DNA of 62,587 bases, from positions 47,720,636 through 47,783,222 of the forward strand of contig JASCQW010000119.1 of NCBI GenBank assembly GCA_030264375.1, read 5' to 3'. Origin of the DNA: Carcharhinus longimanus (taxonomy: Eukaryota). The position numbers and the translations under genes were made by a program. Shown here piece by piece: positions 60,448-62,587 of this stretch (positions are counted from its first letter, which is position 1; the number at the start of each line of letters is the position of its first letter). The notes below the pieces were generated by a model. It ran no database searches. It was given only the letters and a program-made list of their open reading frames with translations, and was not told the origin of the DNA.

Positions 60448-61429
60448 ATGAAGTCACTCAGTTTCCTTAAATTAAAAGCAATTTTTCTTATCTCAGAAAA
60501 GGCAATTTCCTGTTGTCTAGAAAACCTGCAGTACATTTTACTTTTCAATTAATTCACTTCCAAATTCCAACCCCTGTCTAAAGATGTTGACTTAGACTGG
60601 TGTACAATTTCATAGGTGTAAGCCATTCTATTGGGAAATTTTCTGATTGCTCTAGATGTTCCTGACAGCAGGCTATTAACTGAATTGATTAGGTCATGTG
60701 TGATGATCACGATCAAAATCCTTTCTTATTTGTACATGTCATCATCACCATTCAGATAACATTCGGGAGGAGGAAGATATGACCTTCCCTTCTGACTTGG
60801 TCCCGAGTTGGATGTAGCATGTCTTTAACAGGATTAGTGATACAATTTTTTTAAGTTGTTAACTCTTGTATGCTAAATTGCTTGCATGTGCAACTGAAAA
60901 CTCAAGTTACTTGTTGAAGATAAGCACTTGTCTTGTACATGAGTTATTGTGATGATGATTAGAACCTGTAGCTGTCCACAGGAGTGATTTCAGTTGCTCC
61001 TGTTACGGACTTGCTGTTTTGGATGTTCTGGACTTTACACTGCCAATTGTTGAACCCCGATCATCTTTCCCTTTGTGGTAATAAATGCATACTGAAATTA
61101 AACGTTCTGGGCAATCTTGTACATGACTCACTTTTCAGAATTAGTTTACGTAATTCTAATTGATGAGCTTTTTTACAGCATTGCTAAGTTTGTACATTTA
61201 AACTGTGCTGTCACCTAATGTGCCAGTGTAAATTTGGTGCTTCGGTGTTTATTCTGCATGTTGACAGTCTCTCTCTTTCCTTGATCTATTCATGTATCGA
61301 CCTTTGAGCCAGATGGAAATATTCACATCCATCATATGTAACTGGTCAGAAGTATATTTTAAAAATTAGATTTCCTGTTTTTCTGACCTTGGTGGCAAAC
61401 CTCGCCCTAAGTTCAGGAATCGTAGACCA

Positions 61430-61580
61430 AAAGAGAAAACACCTGAAAAATCTCAGCATGTCTGACAGCATCTGTAAGGAGGGAAAAGAGCTGAACTAAA
61501 CTTTGAAGAAGACCTGCTGAGATTTTCTAGCATTTTTGCTTTTGGTTTCAGATTCCAGCATCTGCAGTAATTTGCTTTCA
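61430..61580. mobile_element. Short Penelope-derived inverted repeat
   Basis: GAAAAATCTCAGCA versus TGCTGAGATTTTC, with the same tail as the 44660 and 59780 copies. Confidence 0.6.
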
Positions 61581-62587
61581 TTCAGGAATCGCAGAATTAT
61601 TATGATGCGGAAGCAGGTTATTTGGTCTATTGTATTTGCACCAGCTTTCTGAATGAACAACTCGCCCAGCACTATTTCCCACTTTCTCCCGCGACTCTGC
61701 ACATTCTTCCTTTACAGATAAGCCTAGGATACTGTACGCTTTATTAACTGCTGTCTAAGGATTTTCAGGCAACTGATAATTGAAACGAGCAACCCTTTGT
61801 TTTTAGCCTGTCAATGGCCTACAGTGCTCGAATGGATGCAGAGAATATGCCTATTTAGATTTATTCCCAGATCTCTGTAACTTTGGAGGCACGGCAGATT
61901 AAATACAGCTTCGCCATAGCAACTTTATCACACCTGCATCCCAGATATTGTCTTGTCTCAGACGATCAGTTGATCCACTTAATTCAGGCCATAGGTGATT
62001 TGAAGTAATTCATGCAGTAGATTATCCAAACAATTACTTTTGGGGAGAAAACATGAACCGGAGTTCCAGGTACAATGTTTTAATTCTTCAGCATGAATTT
62101 GCTGCAATGTGATTCCTTGGACGTTAAAAACAGAACATGCACGAAATTCTCAGCGGGTCAGATAGCAGACTGATGACTTCTTGTCAGAACTGGAAGGAAG
62201 TTAGAGATTGAGTGATAAGGGATAGTGGCGCAAGGTAAAAGCAAATTGTAATGGAAAAAGTGACAAAATGACAAATGCATCTACAAGGATATAAATGTTA
62301 AAAGCAGAATTATTGCCATCAGCTGTTGTCTGAAACAAAATGGGACAGAGGTTATGATAAAACCGTAAAATCCCTACAGTGCAAGAGGATGCCATTTGGC
62401 CCATTGAACCTGGCTTTGAGGCAGCAGTGCCACCGTACTGCTTGAAATTGTTGGTCTCTGTGATCTCCTGATCTGAAATTGTTGAACTCCCTGTTGAGTC
62501 GGAAGGCTGTCAAGTGCCTAAACTAAAAGTGAGGTATTGTTCCTTGAACTTGTGTTGAGCCTCATTTGGACAGTGGCAGAGGCTGAG

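Noticed and set aside
54159-62587. Search for ASXL1 exon 8 (and for exon 1 in 1-9981)
   Set aside because: No phase-compatible exon with ASXL1-like sequence was found; these exons probably lie outside the window or in a gap.

Overview
Vertebrate genomic DNA, very likely a shark or ray: it carries HE1/V-SINEs, a SacSINE1-like DeuSINE, HER1/CR1 LINEs and Penelope elements. It is a draft assembly with several N gaps. The window lies inside an ASXL1 gene on the + strand. I can read exon 2 (9982-10064), a 3-nt microexon 3 (12407-12409), exon 4 (34053-34161), exon 5 (45985-46105), exon 6 (46777-46883) and exon 7 (54041-54158). These splice into one open frame encoding most of the N-terminal HARE-HTH domain and the downstream linker. 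Exon 1 and exon 8 onward were not found and probably lie outside the window. The six-frame ORF track does not recover any of these exons in their coding frame. The most interesting signal is a concentration of candidate RNA-processing switches around the HARE-HTH exons: (1) a frameshifting alternative acceptor for exon 2; (2) the single-Arg microexon, which is also a potential recursive splice site; (3) an intronic CpG island with a coding-like phase-0 first exon; (4) several 11-86 nt candidate exons whose lengths would bridge that exon in frame to exon 4, or act as poison exons; (5) a candidate alternative last exon (Arg-Arg-stop followed by three AATAAA) that would give a HARE-HTH-only microprotein. 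Penelope terminal repeats in intron 7 include one intact-looking minimal type I hammerhead ribozyme on the sense strand. All alternative-exon calls are predictions from sequence and need RNA evidence. Repeat boundaries are approximate, and comparisons with human ASXL genes are from memory.
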